Shown: piece after piece, positions 1 to 10,239 of the stretch
Numbering within the stretch: position 1 is the stretch's first letter
How the letters are laid out: every line of letters begins with the position of its first letter
Source of the DNA: an uncultured Gammaproteobacteria bacterium
Lineage (GTDB): Bacteria; Patescibacteriota; Patescibacteriia; 2-01-FULL-39-33
Reading direction: 5' to 3'
NCBI GenBank assembly: GCA_964573235.1
Contig: CAZNIV010000003.1
Location: forward strand, 1,482 to 65,481
Length of the DNA stretch: 64,000 bases
Made by a program: the position numbers and the translations under genes
Notes under the pieces: model-generated
Databases searched by the model: none
Told to the model about the DNA's origin: nothing
Seen by the model: only the letters and a program-made list of their open reading frames with translations

Positions 1-1568
1 AGGTGGAGCGTGTTTTGCGTTCCATTGATTCCGTTTTATTGGTGGTTGATGCTCAAGAAGGTCCAATGCCTCAAACTAAATTTGTTTTGAAAAAGTCTTT
101 AGAGTTGGGCTTAAAGCCGATCGTGGTTATTAATAAAGTGGATAAACCGGCCGCTAATCCAAAGCGTGTTGAAGAAATGGTTTTTGAATTATTTTTTGAT
201 TTAGGTGCGACCGATGAACAATTAGATTTTACTACCGTTTACGCCATTGGCTTAAAAGGAGTAGCTAAATTGAATTTAGAAGATGAGTTTGTTGATTTAT
301 CGCCGTTGTTGGATGTAGTTTTGGCGCAGGTGCCACCCGCTTCTTTAGAGGGAGTGGATCAGTTGCCCTTAAAGTTACAGCCGTTTAACTTGGCTTATGA
401 TAATTACATGGGTCGTTTAGCGATTTGTCGTATTTATGATGGCGTTTTACATCAAGGTGAGGCAGTATATGTTAAAAGATTAGATGGTACTACTGAACAA
501 GGTAAGATTTTAAAGATTTTCACTTTTCATGGCTTAGAGAGAAAAGAAGTTAAAGAGGCCGTAGCTGGTGATATTGTGATGATTGCTGGTTTGCCAAATA
601 TTGATATTGGTCAGACTATTTGTGTTAATCCAGAAACTGAATCTTTGCCAGCCATTAAAATTGACGAACCAACAATTTCCTTAAATTTCTTGGTAAATAA
701 CTCTCCATTTGCTGGTCGTGAAGGTAAATATGTGACTACTCGTCAGATTAAAGAGCGCTTAGAAAAAGAATTAGAAGTTAATGTGGGATTAAAGGTAGAT
801 TTTTCTAGTTCTGAATTTTATAAAGTATTTGGTCGTGGCGAATTGCATATTGCTATTTTACTAGAAAATATGCGTCGCGAAGGTTTTGAAATGCAAGTAT
901 CTCAGCCTCAAGTAGTGATTAGAGAAGAAAATGGTGAAAAATTTGAACCATTTGAAGAATTGACGATTGATGTACCAGATAATATGGCTGGAATGGTTAT
1001 TGAAAAGGTAGCTAAGAGAAAGGGTTTAATGACAGAAATGAAATTAGCAGGTGGTCATACGAGATTAATTTTTGAAATCCCAACTCGCGGCTTATTAGGT
1101 TATCGTGGTGAATTTATCGTAGATACTCGTGGCGCTGGCATTATTTGTGCTCGTGTAGTTGGTTTTAGACAGCATGTAGGTGAAATTGAAAAGCATGAAT
1201 TCGGCTCTATGATTTCTACCGAAACCGGCAAGGCCTTGGCTTATTCTTTGTGGAATTTACAGGAACGAGGATCTTTGTATATACCAGCTAATACCGATGT
1301 ATATGAAGGTATGGTAATCGGTAATGTTTCTAAGGGTAATGAAATGAGTGTTAACCCGATTAAGGGTAAACATTTAACCAATATGCGCTCGGCTGGTGCA
1401 GAGGAGGCGATTCAGCTAATCACACCTCTTACTATGACACTAGAGCGTGGTTTGGAAATAATGAAAAATGATGAGTTTTTAGAAATTACGCCACTTAGTA
1501 TTAGATTGCGCAAACAGATGCTAAAAGAAAGTGAGCGCGTTAGATCAGACAGACAAACAAAAAAATAA
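1..1568 (+). CDS. typA: Translational GTPase BipA/TypA, 5' end cut by window edge (frame of ORF 3..1568)
   Basis: Open from base 3 to TAA at 1566-1568. G4 box NKVD (VVINKVDKP), EF-G-like domain order and BipA-type C-terminus. The GTG at 3 is internal, not a start. Confidence 0.9.
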   Translation, partial: VERVLRSIDSVLLVVDAQEGPMPQTKFVLKKSLELGLKPIVVINKVDKPAANPKRVEEMVFELFFDLGATDEQLDFTTVYAIGLKGVAKLNLEDEFVDLSPLLDVVLAQVPPASLEGVDQLPLKLQPFNLAYDNYMGRLAICRIYDGVLHQGEAVYVKRLDGTTEQGKILKIFTFHGLERKEVKEAVAGDIVMIAGLPNIDIGQTICVNPETESLPAIKIDEPTISLNFLVNNSPFAGREGKYVTTRQIKERLEKELEVNVGLKVDFSSSEFYKVFGRGELHIAILLENMRREGFEMQVSQPQVVIREENGEKFEPFEELTIDVPDNMAGMVIEKVAKRKGLMTEMKLAGGHTRLIFEIPTRGLLGYRGEFIVDTRGAGIICARVVGFRQHVGEIEKHEFGSMISTETGKALAYSLWNLQERGSLYIPANTDVYEGMVIGNVSKGNEMSVNPIKGKHLTNMRSAGAEEAIQLITPLTMTLERGLEIMKNDEFLEITPLSIRLRKQMLKESERVRSDRQTKK

Positions 1569-1579
1569 GGATTAATTAT

Positions 1580-1612
1580 AAAGACGAGGTGAAAGCCTCG
1601 TCTTTGCTTTTT
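1580..1612 (+). terminator. Rho-independent terminator after typA
   Basis: 10-bp stem AAAGACGAGG / CCTCGTCTTT (1580-1589 / 1596-1605), loop TGAAAG, followed by a T-rich run. Confidence 0.7.
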
Positions 1613-1658
1613 AGTGTTTTTTTCAGTATGATTATGGTAGTTAAATAAGGTAACTATT

Positions 1659-2180
1659 ATGGATAAAAAAATTAAAAATATTATTTATTGGGCAATCTTT
1701 TTTTTGGCAATCGGTTTTTCTTGTTTTTTGATTTTTCGAGGAGAGGAAGATGGTTGGTTTTGTCAAAACGGTCAATGGGTTAAGCATGGTCAGCCTAGCG
1801 CGGCTATGCCGGTTTATAATTGCCTGACTTATATAGTTCCGGTGCCAAAATTTATTGCTTCAATCTCTCAAAATATTCAGGTGTTATATCCACAACCTGG
1901 TCAGATATTACCCGCATCAGCCCCGTTGGTGATTAAGGGTAAGGCTAGGGTTTTTGAGAATAATTTTAATTATAGCGTTAAAGATGGTAATGGCAAGGAG
2001 TTAGCTGGTGGCTATGGTACTACCAATGCCAAAGATATTGGTTTGTTTGGTTATTTTGAATTAAAAATAGAAGATATTCAACCGATGACGGCTACGGGTT
2101 CGGTTGAGGTTTTTGATTATTCCATGAAAGATGGTTCGGTTCAGGATTTAGTAGTTATTCCCATTAAATTTTCTAAATAA
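1659..2180 (+). CDS. Membrane-anchored Gmad2-type immunoglobulin-like domain protein
   Basis: N-terminal TM (IIYWAIFFLAIGFSCFLIF). C-terminal pattern PQPGQILPASAPLVIKGKARVFENNFNYSVKDGNGKELA resembles the Gmad2 Ig-like domain. Confidence 0.6.
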   Translation: MDKKIKNIIYWAIFFLAIGFSCFLIFRGEEDGWFCQNGQWVKHGQPSAAMPVYNCLTYIVPVPKFIASISQNIQVLYPQPGQILPASAPLVIKGKARVFENNFNYSVKDGNGKELAGGYGTTNAKDIGLFGYFELKIEDIQPMTATGSVEVFDYSMKDGSVQDLVVIPIKFSK

Positions 2181-4277
2181 ATGAAAAAATATATTCTCGC
2201 TAGTCATAGTAATGATTCAAGATTAGATATTGATTTTAGGGCGGCTCTTAATGAAGAGCAGCATAGTATTGTTACTACTTCTGACGGTCCCTGCTTAGTT
2301 TTGGCCGGCGCTGGTAGTGGTAAAACTAGGGTACTGGTTTATCGTTTGTTATATTTGTTATCCCAAGGGGTTAATCCACATAATATTTTATTAGTTACTT
2401 TTACTAATAAGGCGGCGAAAGAGATGATGTCGCGCGTAGAATCCTTGTGTAAGGTCAAACCAGAAGGTTTGTGGGGTGGAACTTTTCATAGCGTGGGCAA
2501 TCGTATTTTGCGTCAGTATGGTGAGGCGATTGGTTTAAAATCTAATTTTATTATTCTTGATTCCGATGATAGTTCCCAATTAGTAAAATCTTGTTATACC
2601 GAAGCAGATGTCCCTAAAGATAAATATTTTCCTAAGGCGGATTTAGTGCACAAGATAATTAGTCTGGCGGTAAATTTAAATTTATCGATCGAAGATGTAA
2701 TCGTAGAAAGATTTCCGCAGATTGATCAGGGATATATCCAAGTTATTTCTAATATTGGCGCGCGTTATCAGCAAAAAAAACAATTGGCTAATGCTGTTGA
2801 TTATGATGATTTGTTGTCTAAATGGTTGGAGTTATTGATGAAGCACCCAAATGTTTGTCAGAAATTATCAGAAAAATTTGAGTATCTTTTAGTGGATGAG
2901 TATCAGGATACTAATTATTTGCAAGGCGCGATTATTAGTTATTTATCAGGTCGGCGTAAAAATGTTTTAGTAGTAGGTGATGATTCTCAGAGTATTTATT
3001 CTTTTCGTGGCGCGGATGTGAACAATATTTTTAATTTTCCTAAAGATTTTTTGGGTTGTAAAATATTTCGTCTAGAAACTAATTATCGTTCGGTGCCAGA
3101 AATTTTGAGCTTGGCTAATCATTCTATTTCGCACAATGAACATAAGTTTAAAAAAACTTTGCGTACACACAAACCTTCTGGTGATAAGCCAGCGTTGGTA
3201 GCATTGCAAGATAATTATCAGCAAGCCGATTTTATTTGTCAGCGGATTTTAGAATTACAAAAAGAAGATGGTTGGGAGTTAAAGAACATGGCAGTGCTTT
3301 TTAGATCACATTATCATTCGATGGAATTGGAAATGGAATTGAATAAGCGAAATATTTCTTATGTGATGCGTGGCGGTTTGCGGTTTTTTGAACAAGCCCA
3401 TGTTAAGGATGTGGTGTCATTTATTAGGGTTTTAGTTAATCATCGAGATGAATTGTCTTGGCTTAGACTGTTAATGATGCAATCAGGTATTGGTGAAGCA
3501 AATGCCAAAAAGTTGTTTGTTAAGATTAGTCAGTTTGAAAGCTTAAAAGAAGTGCTGGCGCATGATTGGGATTTAGAATTGAGTGGTAAGATTTTAGTGG
3601 GTTATTTATCGCTGAACAAAATACTTGTTCGATTATTTAGTGGCTTAATTGATGAGGTGGGTGAGGTAATTAAAAAAATTCTTGAATCAAACTATATAGA
3701 TTATTTAAAGAGTAATTTTGATAATTATCAGGAGCGGTTGGAGGATTTGGAGCAGATGGTGATTTTCGCCAATAGTTACAAGGCAGTTGATAAATTTTTG
3801 GCGGATGTGGCACTTTCTGAAGGTTTTAAAAAAGAATCTGGGGCCAATAAGATGCCGATTGATGCTATCGTTTTATCCACCATTCATCAGGCTAAGGGGC
3901 TAGAGTGGAAAGCGGTTTTTGTAATGAATTTGGCCGATGGGCAGTTTCCGAGCGTTCGGGTTTTTGATAAACCAAGAGAAATAGAAGAGGAGCGCCGATT
4001 ATTTTATGTGGCCGTAACCAGGGCGGAAGATCAATTATATTTAACCTACCCTCTAATTAGTGCCAGAACAGATAATGTAAACAGTATCTCTCAATTTATT
4101 AAAGAATTGCCAAAAGATGTTTATGAGCAGTGGACGGTTAGTCGTCATGGCGCGGCTTATGCCCCGCATAATTGTTTTAGTGATAGTGATGAAGAAGTAA
4201 TTGTTCGCGATGAGGATGGTGAAGATTTAGCAACTGATTTTTGGACAGCAGTGATGAATAAGCGTAAACAAAAGTAA
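2181..4277 (+). CDS. pcrA: UvrD/PcrA-type ATP-dependent DNA helicase
   Basis: Walker A AGAGSGKT, motif II LLVDEYQDTN, STIHQAKGLEW, YVAVTRA. Confidence 0.9.
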   Translation: MKKYILASHSNDSRLDIDFRAALNEEQHSIVTTSDGPCLVLAGAGSGKTRVLVYRLLYLLSQGVNPHNILLVTFTNKAAKEMMSRVESLCKVKPEGLWGGTFHSVGNRILRQYGEAIGLKSNFIILDSDDSSQLVKSCYTEADVPKDKYFPKADLVHKIISLAVNLNLSIEDVIVERFPQIDQGYIQVISNIGARYQQKKQLANAVDYDDLLSKWLELLMKHPNVCQKLSEKFEYLLVDEYQDTNYLQGAIISYLSGRRKNVLVVGDDSQSIYSFRGADVNNIFNFPKDFLGCKIFRLETNYRSVPEILSLANHSISHNEHKFKKTLRTHKPSGDKPALVALQDNYQQADFICQRILELQKEDGWELKNMAVLFRSHYHSMELEMELNKRNISYVMRGGLRFFEQAHVKDVVSFIRVLVNHRDELSWLRLLMMQSGIGEANAKKLFVKISQFESLKEVLAHDWDLELSGKILVGYLSLNKILVRLFSGLIDEVGEVIKKILESNYIDYLKSNFDNYQERLEDLEQMVIFANSYKAVDKFLADVALSEGFKKESGANKMPIDAIVLSTIHQAKGLEWKAVFVMNLADGQFPSVRVFDKPREIEEERRLFYVAVTRAEDQLYLTYPLISARTDNVNSISQFIKELPKDVYEQWTVSRHGAAYAPHNCFSDSDEEVIVRDEDGEDLATDFWTAVMNKRKQK

Positions 4278-4918
4278 TGAATATTTTTCCGGTATATAAA
4301 CCTAAAGGGCCCACTTCTTTCGGTATGATTAGTCGGGTTAGGCGGGCAACGGGTGTTAAAAAAGTTGGTCATGCAGGAACGCTTGATCCGTTGGCAAGTG
4401 GGGTTTTAATTATCGCGGTTGGTCGAGAGGCGACGAGAGAGATTCATAATTTTGTAAGTAAAGAAAAAGAATACGAAGTTTCTATTAGACTAGGCATGAA
4501 TAGTACTACTGATGACGCCGAGGGAGAGAAAGAAATTATCGAGGTTAAGGCGCCCCCAAAAATTAAGGAGGTCAAATTTTTTTTACCGGATTTTATTGGT
4601 AAGATTAATCAGACGCCACCAATATATAGTTCAATTAAAATTCATGGGCAAAATGCGCATCGCTTAGCTAGAAAAGGTCAAATAGTAGAAATGAAGCCCC
4701 GAGAGGTGGAAATTAAAAAAATTGAAATTTTGAGTTATCATTGGCCGTATTTGCGGTTACGCGTTACTACTGGTCCCGGTGTTTATATTCGCTCGTTGGC
4801 TCGAGATTTAGGTAAAAAATTAGGCACAGGTGGCTATGTGGCTAATCTTATTCGTACGCGAATAGGTGATTATAGGCTAGTTGATTGTCTTCAAGCGGAA
4901 GCGGTTAAAATTAAGTAG
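4277..4918 (+). CDS. truB: tRNA pseudouridine(55) synthase
   Basis: Catalytic Asp motif GHAGTLDPLASGVL. ATG overlaps the upstream stop (TAATG). Confidence 0.9.
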   Translation: MNIFPVYKPKGPTSFGMISRVRRATGVKKVGHAGTLDPLASGVLIIAVGREATREIHNFVSKEKEYEVSIRLGMNSTTDDAEGEKEIIEVKAPPKIKEVKFFLPDFIGKINQTPPIYSSIKIHGQNAHRLARKGQIVEMKPREVEIKKIEILSYHWPYLRLRVTTGPGVYIRSLARDLGKKLGTGGYVANLIRTRIGDYRLVDCLQAEAVKIK

Positions 4919-4954
4919 TTTATTTATTAGGGGCTTTGTTGTAAAATAAAGAAT

Positions 4955-5704
4955 ATGATGAATATTTGGTTGTGGACAATTGGTAGTGTTGTGGTTATCA
5001 GTTTATTGTCGGTTATTGGGGCGGTTGGTTTATTATTAAAAGAGAAGGCGCTTAATCGCGCTTTGATTTATTTTGTTTCCTTTTCGGCTGGTAGCTTATT
5101 GGGAGGGGCATTTTTTCATTTACTTCCTGAGAGTTTTGACTTAAGTAACGACGCGATGATGATTTTTGGTTTTTTGGTTATTGGTTTTTGTGCTTTTTTT
5201 GTGTTAGAAAAAGTATTGCGCTGGCGTCATTGTCATGATCATGGTTGTCATGAGCATGCGCACATTGGTTGGATGAATTTAATTGGCGGTTCCGTTCATA
5301 ATATGCTTGATGGCATGGTGATAGCCGCTGCCTTTATGGTTGGTCCATTTCTGGGCGTTCCAGTGGTTATTTCTATTATTTCACATGAGATTCCCCATGA
5401 ACTTGGTGATTTTGGAGTGTTGTTATATTCTGGTTTTAGTAAATCAAAAGCATTATTGTATAATTTTATTTCCGCTCTATTTTGCTTGCTTGGTGCCGTG
5501 CTGGTGTTATCTTTTGCTAATAGTGATAAGTATTTAGAAATTATTTTATTGCCAATTGCAGCCGGAGGATTTATTTATATTGCCGCTTCTGATTTAATTC
5601 CAGAATTGCATAAAGAAACTTCTAAAACCCACGGTAATTTTTCTTTCGCTTTATTTTTAGTAGCCTTGGTGATGATGTATTTTTTAAAAATATTATTTGA
5701 ATAA
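4955..5704 (+). CDS. ZIP-family divalent metal (zinc) transporter
   Basis: Polytopic. His/Cys-rich loop HCHDHGCHEHAH and the ZIP signature HEIPHELGDF. Confidence 0.8.
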   Translation: MMNIWLWTIGSVVVISLLSVIGAVGLLLKEKALNRALIYFVSFSAGSLLGGAFFHLLPESFDLSNDAMMIFGFLVIGFCAFFVLEKVLRWRHCHDHGCHEHAHIGWMNLIGGSVHNMLDGMVIAAAFMVGPFLGVPVVISIISHEIPHELGDFGVLLYSGFSKSKALLYNFISALFCLLGAVLVLSFANSDKYLEIILLPIAAGGFIYIAASDLIPELHKETSKTHGNFSFALFLVALVMMYFLKILFE

Positions 5705-5719
5705 TAAATTAAATAAATT

Positions 5720-6598
5720 ATGCAAAATTGGTTTAAACAATTGTTTCACAAGCGCAAAGAAGAGAATGGCAATAAGGCTATGGCCAAAGGCATGCTCTAT
5801 GGCGGAGTGGTTCTTTTATTAGTTGTTTTGGTAGTACTATTGATTGTTTTTCGCAGTCAGATGAAAGTCGATTTTTTGGTTAAAGATGATGGGTCATTGC
5901 CGTTGCGTTACACAATTATAACCCAAAAAGATTGCGCTCAGTGTTACGATATTGATCTAGTACTCACTGCCTTAAAACAATATAATATCAAAGAGGTTAG
6001 TCGAGAAACTTTATACCTAGGAGATAAAAAAACAGATGAATTGGTAAAAAAGTATAGTATCACTAAAGTGCCAACTGTGATTGTTTCTGGTAACCTTGAT
6101 CGTAGTAAAGACTTAAAGTCTAGTAACCCTGGTGTAACCTATGCCTTGGGTGAAATATGGAATAATTTAGGTGAAATTGTAGATGGAGTATTTATATTGC
6201 GTCAAGTGGCGCCACCGTATGTTGAGGTGAGCACTGATCAGATTCGTGGTTTGGCTAAGGCGTTTTATATTACGGACGTTTCGTGTAAGGAATGTTATGA
6301 TGTTATGTTGCATGAAAAAGCGCTTCTTAGTCTAGGGACAGACATTAAAGATAAAACCGTTATTGATATTAATAGTGATGCTGGTAAGGCATTGATTAAG
6401 CAATATGATATTAAAACAGTTCCAACCATTGTTTTGCAAGGTGATTTGACGCCATATACATTATTGAATCAGTTTTGGGGTCGTTACGGTCAAATTACTG
6501 CGGATAAAACTTATATTTTTACTAAATTAGATGAGGTGGGTACCTATCGCGATTTAACTACTAATAAAATTATTAAGGTGGATTTACCGGTTTACTAA
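5720..6598 (+). CDS. Membrane-anchored protein with two tandem thioredoxin-like CxxC modules
   Basis: One N-terminal TM. Two paralogous modules: CAQCYD...KKYSITKVPTVIVSG and CKECYD...KQYDIKTVPTIVLQG. Confidence 0.55.
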   Translation: MQNWFKQLFHKRKEENGNKAMAKGMLYGGVVLLLVVLVVLLIVFRSQMKVDFLVKDDGSLPLRYTIITQKDCAQCYDIDLVLTALKQYNIKEVSRETLYLGDKKTDELVKKYSITKVPTVIVSGNLDRSKDLKSSNPGVTYALGEIWNNLGEIVDGVFILRQVAPPYVEVSTDQIRGLAKAFYITDVSCKECYDVMLHEKALLSLGTDIKDKTVIDINSDAGKALIKQYDIKTVPTIVLQGDLTPYTLLNQFWGRYGQITADKTYIFTKLDEVGTYRDLTTNKIIKVDLPVY

Positions 6599-6612
6599 GC
6601 AATAATCTCTTT

Positions 6613-6637
6613 AAAAGCCCGCTTTCGGCGGGTTTTT
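6613..6637 (+). terminator. Rho-independent terminator
   Basis: Stem CCCGC / GCGGG (6618-6622 / 6628-6632) flanked by an A-run and TTTTT. Confidence 0.55.
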
Positions 6638-6653
6638 AGTTTTGGGTGTTTTC

Positions 6654-6682
6654 TTGATTTTAGTGCCCTTTTCTGGTATAGT
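6654..6682 (+). promoter_or_regulatory. Sigma70-type promoter upstream of rsmI
   Basis: TTGATT (6654-6659), 17-nt spacer, TATAGT (6677-6682), preceded by TGG (extended -10). Confidence 0.4.
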
Positions 6683-6694
6683 TAAAATAAATAT

Positions 6695-7402
6695 ATGAGT
6701 CAATTATTCATTGTGGCTACGCCAATTGGCAATTTAGCCGATATCACTTTTCGCGCCGTAGAAACACTTAAAAGTGTCGATATTATTGCCTGCGAGGATA
6801 CTCGTAATTCTAGGGTTTTGTTGGATCATTATCAAATTAAAAAACCGCTTATTTCTTATCATCAGCACAGTGGTGAAACTAAGGTTGATGAGATTATTGC
6901 CTTATTAAAGGTGGGTAAAAATTTAGCAGTAATTACTGATGCCGGTACTCCCGGTATTTCCGATCCTGGTAATAAATTAGTGGCGGAAGTAATTAATCAG
7001 CTTGGCGATGATTGTCAGATTATTGCTATTCCTGGCGCTTCGGCAGTTGTAACCGCTTTGGCGGTTTGTGGTTTACCTACGGATAAATTTTTATTTCTGG
7101 GTTTTATGCCACATAAAAAAGGTAAAGAAACCATGATGCGACTGATGGCAGAAGGTAAGATTACCTCGGTTTTTTATGAATCGACACATCGGATTTTAAA
7201 AACTTTAAATAAAATGGTGGAAATTATTGGTGAGAGTAGAAAAATTGTAGTTTGTCGTGAATTAACAAAAAAATTTGAAACAATTTATCGTGGTAGTCTT
7301 AAAGAGGTGGCAGAAAAATTAAATAATAATATTGTCAAAGGAGAGTTTGTAGTGATCGTCTCCGGCAATTATGAAGATAAAAATAAAGAAATCTATGAGT
7401 AA
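6695..7402 (+). CDS. rsmI: 16S rRNA (cytidine1402-2'-O)-methyltransferase
   Basis: Tetrapyrrole-methylase fold. N-terminus LFIVATPIGNLADIT, CEDTR, and a size typical of RsmI. Confidence 0.9.
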   Translation: MSQLFIVATPIGNLADITFRAVETLKSVDIIACEDTRNSRVLLDHYQIKKPLISYHQHSGETKVDEIIALLKVGKNLAVITDAGTPGISDPGNKLVAEVINQLGDDCQIIAIPGASAVVTALAVCGLPTDKFLFLGFMPHKKGKETMMRLMAEGKITSVFYESTHRILKTLNKMVEIIGESRKIVVCRELTKKFETIYRGSLKEVAEKLNNNIVKGEFVVIVSGNYEDKNKEIYE

Positions 7403-8900
7403 ATTTTATATCACAACGCCAATTTATTATGTTAATGGCAGTCCACATATCGGGCATGCTTATACTACAATTATCGCGGATGTTTTAGCGCGTTATCATC
7501 GCTTGCTGGGTGATAAAGTTTTCTTTTTAACTGGTACCGATGAGCATGGCTCTAAAGTAGCTAAATCAGCCGAGATGGCAGGTAAAACTCCGTTAGAATT
7601 TTGTGATGAATATTCGGCTAAATTTCAATTGGCTTGGGAGGAATTAAATATTTCTCATAATCGCTTTATTCGTACTACCGAAGCAGATCATAAAAATGGC
7701 GTAGCGGTATTTTTGAACAAACTTAAAGCGAGTGGCGCGATCTATCAAGGAGAATATCAGGGTTTATATTGCAGTGGTTGTGAAAGATTTTTGACAGAAA
7801 AAGATTTGATTGACGGCAAGTGTCCTGATCATTTAAAAGAGCCGGAGGTGGTAAAAGAAAAAAATTATTTTTTTAATTTAAAAAAGTTTTTACCAGAAAT
7901 TGAACGTTTAATTGATACAAGAGAAATAAAAATCGTTCCAGAATCTTATCGTCGCGAAGTGTTAGGTTTTTTTAAGCAGAATTTAGATGATTTTTCTATT
8001 TCTCGGGAAAGTGTAAAGTGGGGTATAGAATTGCCTTTTGATAAAACGCAAGTGACCTATGTTTGGATTGAGGCGTTGCAAAATTATTTAACCGGCATTG
8101 GCTATGGTTATAATGATAAGCAATTTCAGGAATTTTGGCCGGCCGATGTACACTTAATGTCTAAGGATATTATTAAATTTCATACTATTTTTTGGCCCGC
8201 TCTTTTATTAGCGGTAGGAGAAAAGGTGCCTAAGCATATTTTTGTGCATGGATTTTTCACTATCGATGGACAAAAAATGGGCAAGTCGTTGGGTAATGTG
8301 ATTGACCCCGTGGCCTTGGCCGAACAATTCGGTTCCGATGTGGTGCGTTATTTATTGTTGTCACAGTTTCCTTTAGGTAGTGATGGAGATATTAAAGCAG
8401 CTAACTTTGCGTTGCAATATAATTCCGATTTAGCTAATGGTTTGGGTAATCTAGTTAGTCGTGTCGTGGCTATGAATGAAAAATATTTTGCTGGCGTGGT
8501 GCCGGTAGCTTCTAAGAAAGAATTAGTAACGGAGGTAAAAAATGTATGGCAGGAATATGAAACGGCCATGCAAGAGTTTGCGGTAGACAAGGCATTGGCG
8601 CAAATTCGCCATTTGAATAAAGTGTGTGATGAATTTGTTGATCAGCATAAGCCATGGGAATTGGCTAAGCAGGGGGATACCGAAGCGTTAAAGGAGGCGA
8701 TTTATGGCTTATTAGAAGGTATTAGAAATTTAGCGGTGATGTTATATCCATTTATGCCTGAAACGAGCGCTAGAATCTTAGAACAGTTTGGTTTTGCCGA
8801 TTTTACTAGTCGCAGTTTTAGTGAATTAAAAACTTGGGGCTTATTGTCGGCCGGTACGATTATTGTTAAGGCTGACGGTTTATTTCCCAGAATTAAATAA
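7395..8900 (+). CDS. metG: Methionine--tRNA ligase (short form)
   Basis: HIGH (PHIGHAY), KMSKS (KMGKS), zinc knuckle CSGC...CPDH. The likely start MSKFYITTPIYY at 7395 overlaps the rsmI stop (ATGAGTAA). Confidence 0.9.
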   Translation: MSKFYITTPIYYVNGSPHIGHAYTTIIADVLARYHRLLGDKVFFLTGTDEHGSKVAKSAEMAGKTPLEFCDEYSAKFQLAWEELNISHNRFIRTTEADHKNGVAVFLNKLKASGAIYQGEYQGLYCSGCERFLTEKDLIDGKCPDHLKEPEVVKEKNYFFNLKKFLPEIERLIDTREIKIVPESYRREVLGFFKQNLDDFSISRESVKWGIELPFDKTQVTYVWIEALQNYLTGIGYGYNDKQFQEFWPADVHLMSKDIIKFHTIFWPALLLAVGEKVPKHIFVHGFFTIDGQKMGKSLGNVIDPVALAEQFGSDVVRYLLLSQFPLGSDGDIKAANFALQYNSDLANGLGNLVSRVVAMNEKYFAGVVPVASKKELVTEVKNVWQEYETAMQEFAVDKALAQIRHLNKVCDEFVDQHKPWELAKQGDTEALKEAIYGLLEGIRNLAVMLYPFMPETSARILEQFGFADFTSRSFSELKTWGLLSAGTIIVKADGLFPRIK

Positions 8901-8906
8901 TATAAA

Positions 8907-9419
8907 ATGCTTTTTAATTTAACGGATGTCATTTTGCTAGTATTGATCGCTTCTTTTGGCGTAATTGGCTTTGCGTTCGGATTAATTAGGGTTATTGGTG
9001 CCTTAGTGGGCTTGGTGCTCGGTTCTTGGGTTGCTAGTGTATATTATTTATCTTTTGCCGTCTGGATCAATGAACATCTTTGGAATTTTTCTTCGGCGAC
9101 TAAGATTATTGCTTTTATTTTATTATTTGGCATTGCTAATCGCGTTATTACTTTTGGTTTTTATATTATTGGAAAGTTTTTTAATCTACTTTCGATTATT
9201 CCTTTTTTGGGCATGATTAATCGTATTACGGGTGCTATTTTAGGATTATTAGAGGGTATTTTGGTTTTGGGTTTAGTGGTTTATGTTTCTTTTAAATTTT
9301 CACAAGATATTACTTGGATTTTTTCGCAAATTAATGATTCAAAAATAGCAATGTGGTTAGTTTGGTTAACGGATAGGGTGGCCGCAACTTTCCCATTATT
9401 GTATAGTAAAATAAATTAG
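8907..9419 (+). CDS. cvpA: CvpA-family membrane protein
   Basis: Four-TM small protein whose N-terminal pattern (DVILLVLIASFGVIGFAFGLIR) is typical of CvpA. Confidence 0.7.
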   Translation: MLFNLTDVILLVLIASFGVIGFAFGLIRVIGALVGLVLGSWVASVYYLSFAVWINEHLWNFSSATKIIAFILLFGIANRVITFGFYIIGKFFNLLSIIPFLGMINRITGAILGLLEGILVLGLVVYVSFKFSQDITWIFSQINDSKIAMWLVWLTDRVAATFPLLYSKIN

Positions 9420-9420
9420 T

Positions 9421-10239
9421 ATGACATCACCTTTAATTGATACTCATGCCCACTTGAATCTGGCTGATTTTGATATTGATCGTGAGCGGATTATTACTCA
9501 AGCGCAAAGGGCTGATATGAAGATCGTAAATATTGGAGCTGATTTAGAATCATCTCGTGGAGCTTTAGTATTAGCAGAAAAGCATCAGGGCCTTTATGCT
9601 ACTATTGGTATTCACCCAGAAGTGGTGGGTGATTATCTGGGTCAAGAAGATAAGCTGGGCGCAGATTTATCAGGGTTGGCTAAATTAACGGGTATTAATC
9701 TAGTGGCTATTGGTGAAATTGGTTTAGATTATTTTAGAGCTAAAGATCAGAAGGTAGAAGTTAAAGAACTGCAGAAAAAAATATTATTGTATCAATTAGA
9801 CTTGGCTCTAGAAAAAAATTTGCCCGTAGTATTACATTGTCGAGCGAGTAATGGTAGTAATGAAGCTTATTCGGATTTATTAAATATTTTAGCCTTGCCA
9901 AAATACAATAGTCTCATTGGGGTGGTTCATTGTTTCGGTTCTACCATCGAAATGGCGAATAAGTTTATTGCCCTTGGTTTTTTAATTGGCGTAACCGGTA
10001 TCGTGACTTTTAAAAATAAATCTAAAGAATTACAGGAGTTAGTTAGACAAATACCTTTGGATAAATTATTAATGGAAACGGATTGTCCATATTTAGCACC
10101 GGAGCCTTATCGTGGTGGTCGCAATGAGCCACAATATGTTTTGGCTGTCGGTCAAAAAATTGCCGAAGTTAAACAGCTTTCGCTAGAGAGTGTAATAACG
10201 CAACTTAATTGCAATGCTCAAAAATTATTTGCCATTTAA
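9421..10239 (+). CDS. tatD: TatD-family metal-dependent hydrolase/DNase
   Basis: DTHAHL, GEIGLDY, HCR, ETDCPYL metal-ligand motifs. Confidence 0.9.
   Translation: MTSPLIDTHAHLNLADFDIDRERIITQAQRADMKIVNIGADLESSRGALVLAEKHQGLYATIGIHPEVVGDYLGQEDKLGADLSGLAKLTGINLVAIGEIGLDYFRAKDQKVEVKELQKKILLYQLDLALEKNLPVVLHCRASNGSNEAYSDLLNILALPKYNSLIGVVHCFGSTIEMANKFIALGFLIGVTGIVTFKNKSKELQELVRQIPLDKLLMETDCPYLAPEPYRGGRNEPQYVLAVGQKIAEVKQLSLESVITQLNCNAQKLFAI

Noticed and set aside
7371-7394. Upstream extensions of annotated ORFs: metG from 7371, rfbA from 19293, nfu from 17964, the zinc-ribbon ORF from 51964.
   Set aside because: The extensions overlap the preceding genes, and conserved family N-termini begin at the internal ATGs (7395, 19338, 18051/18069, 51982).
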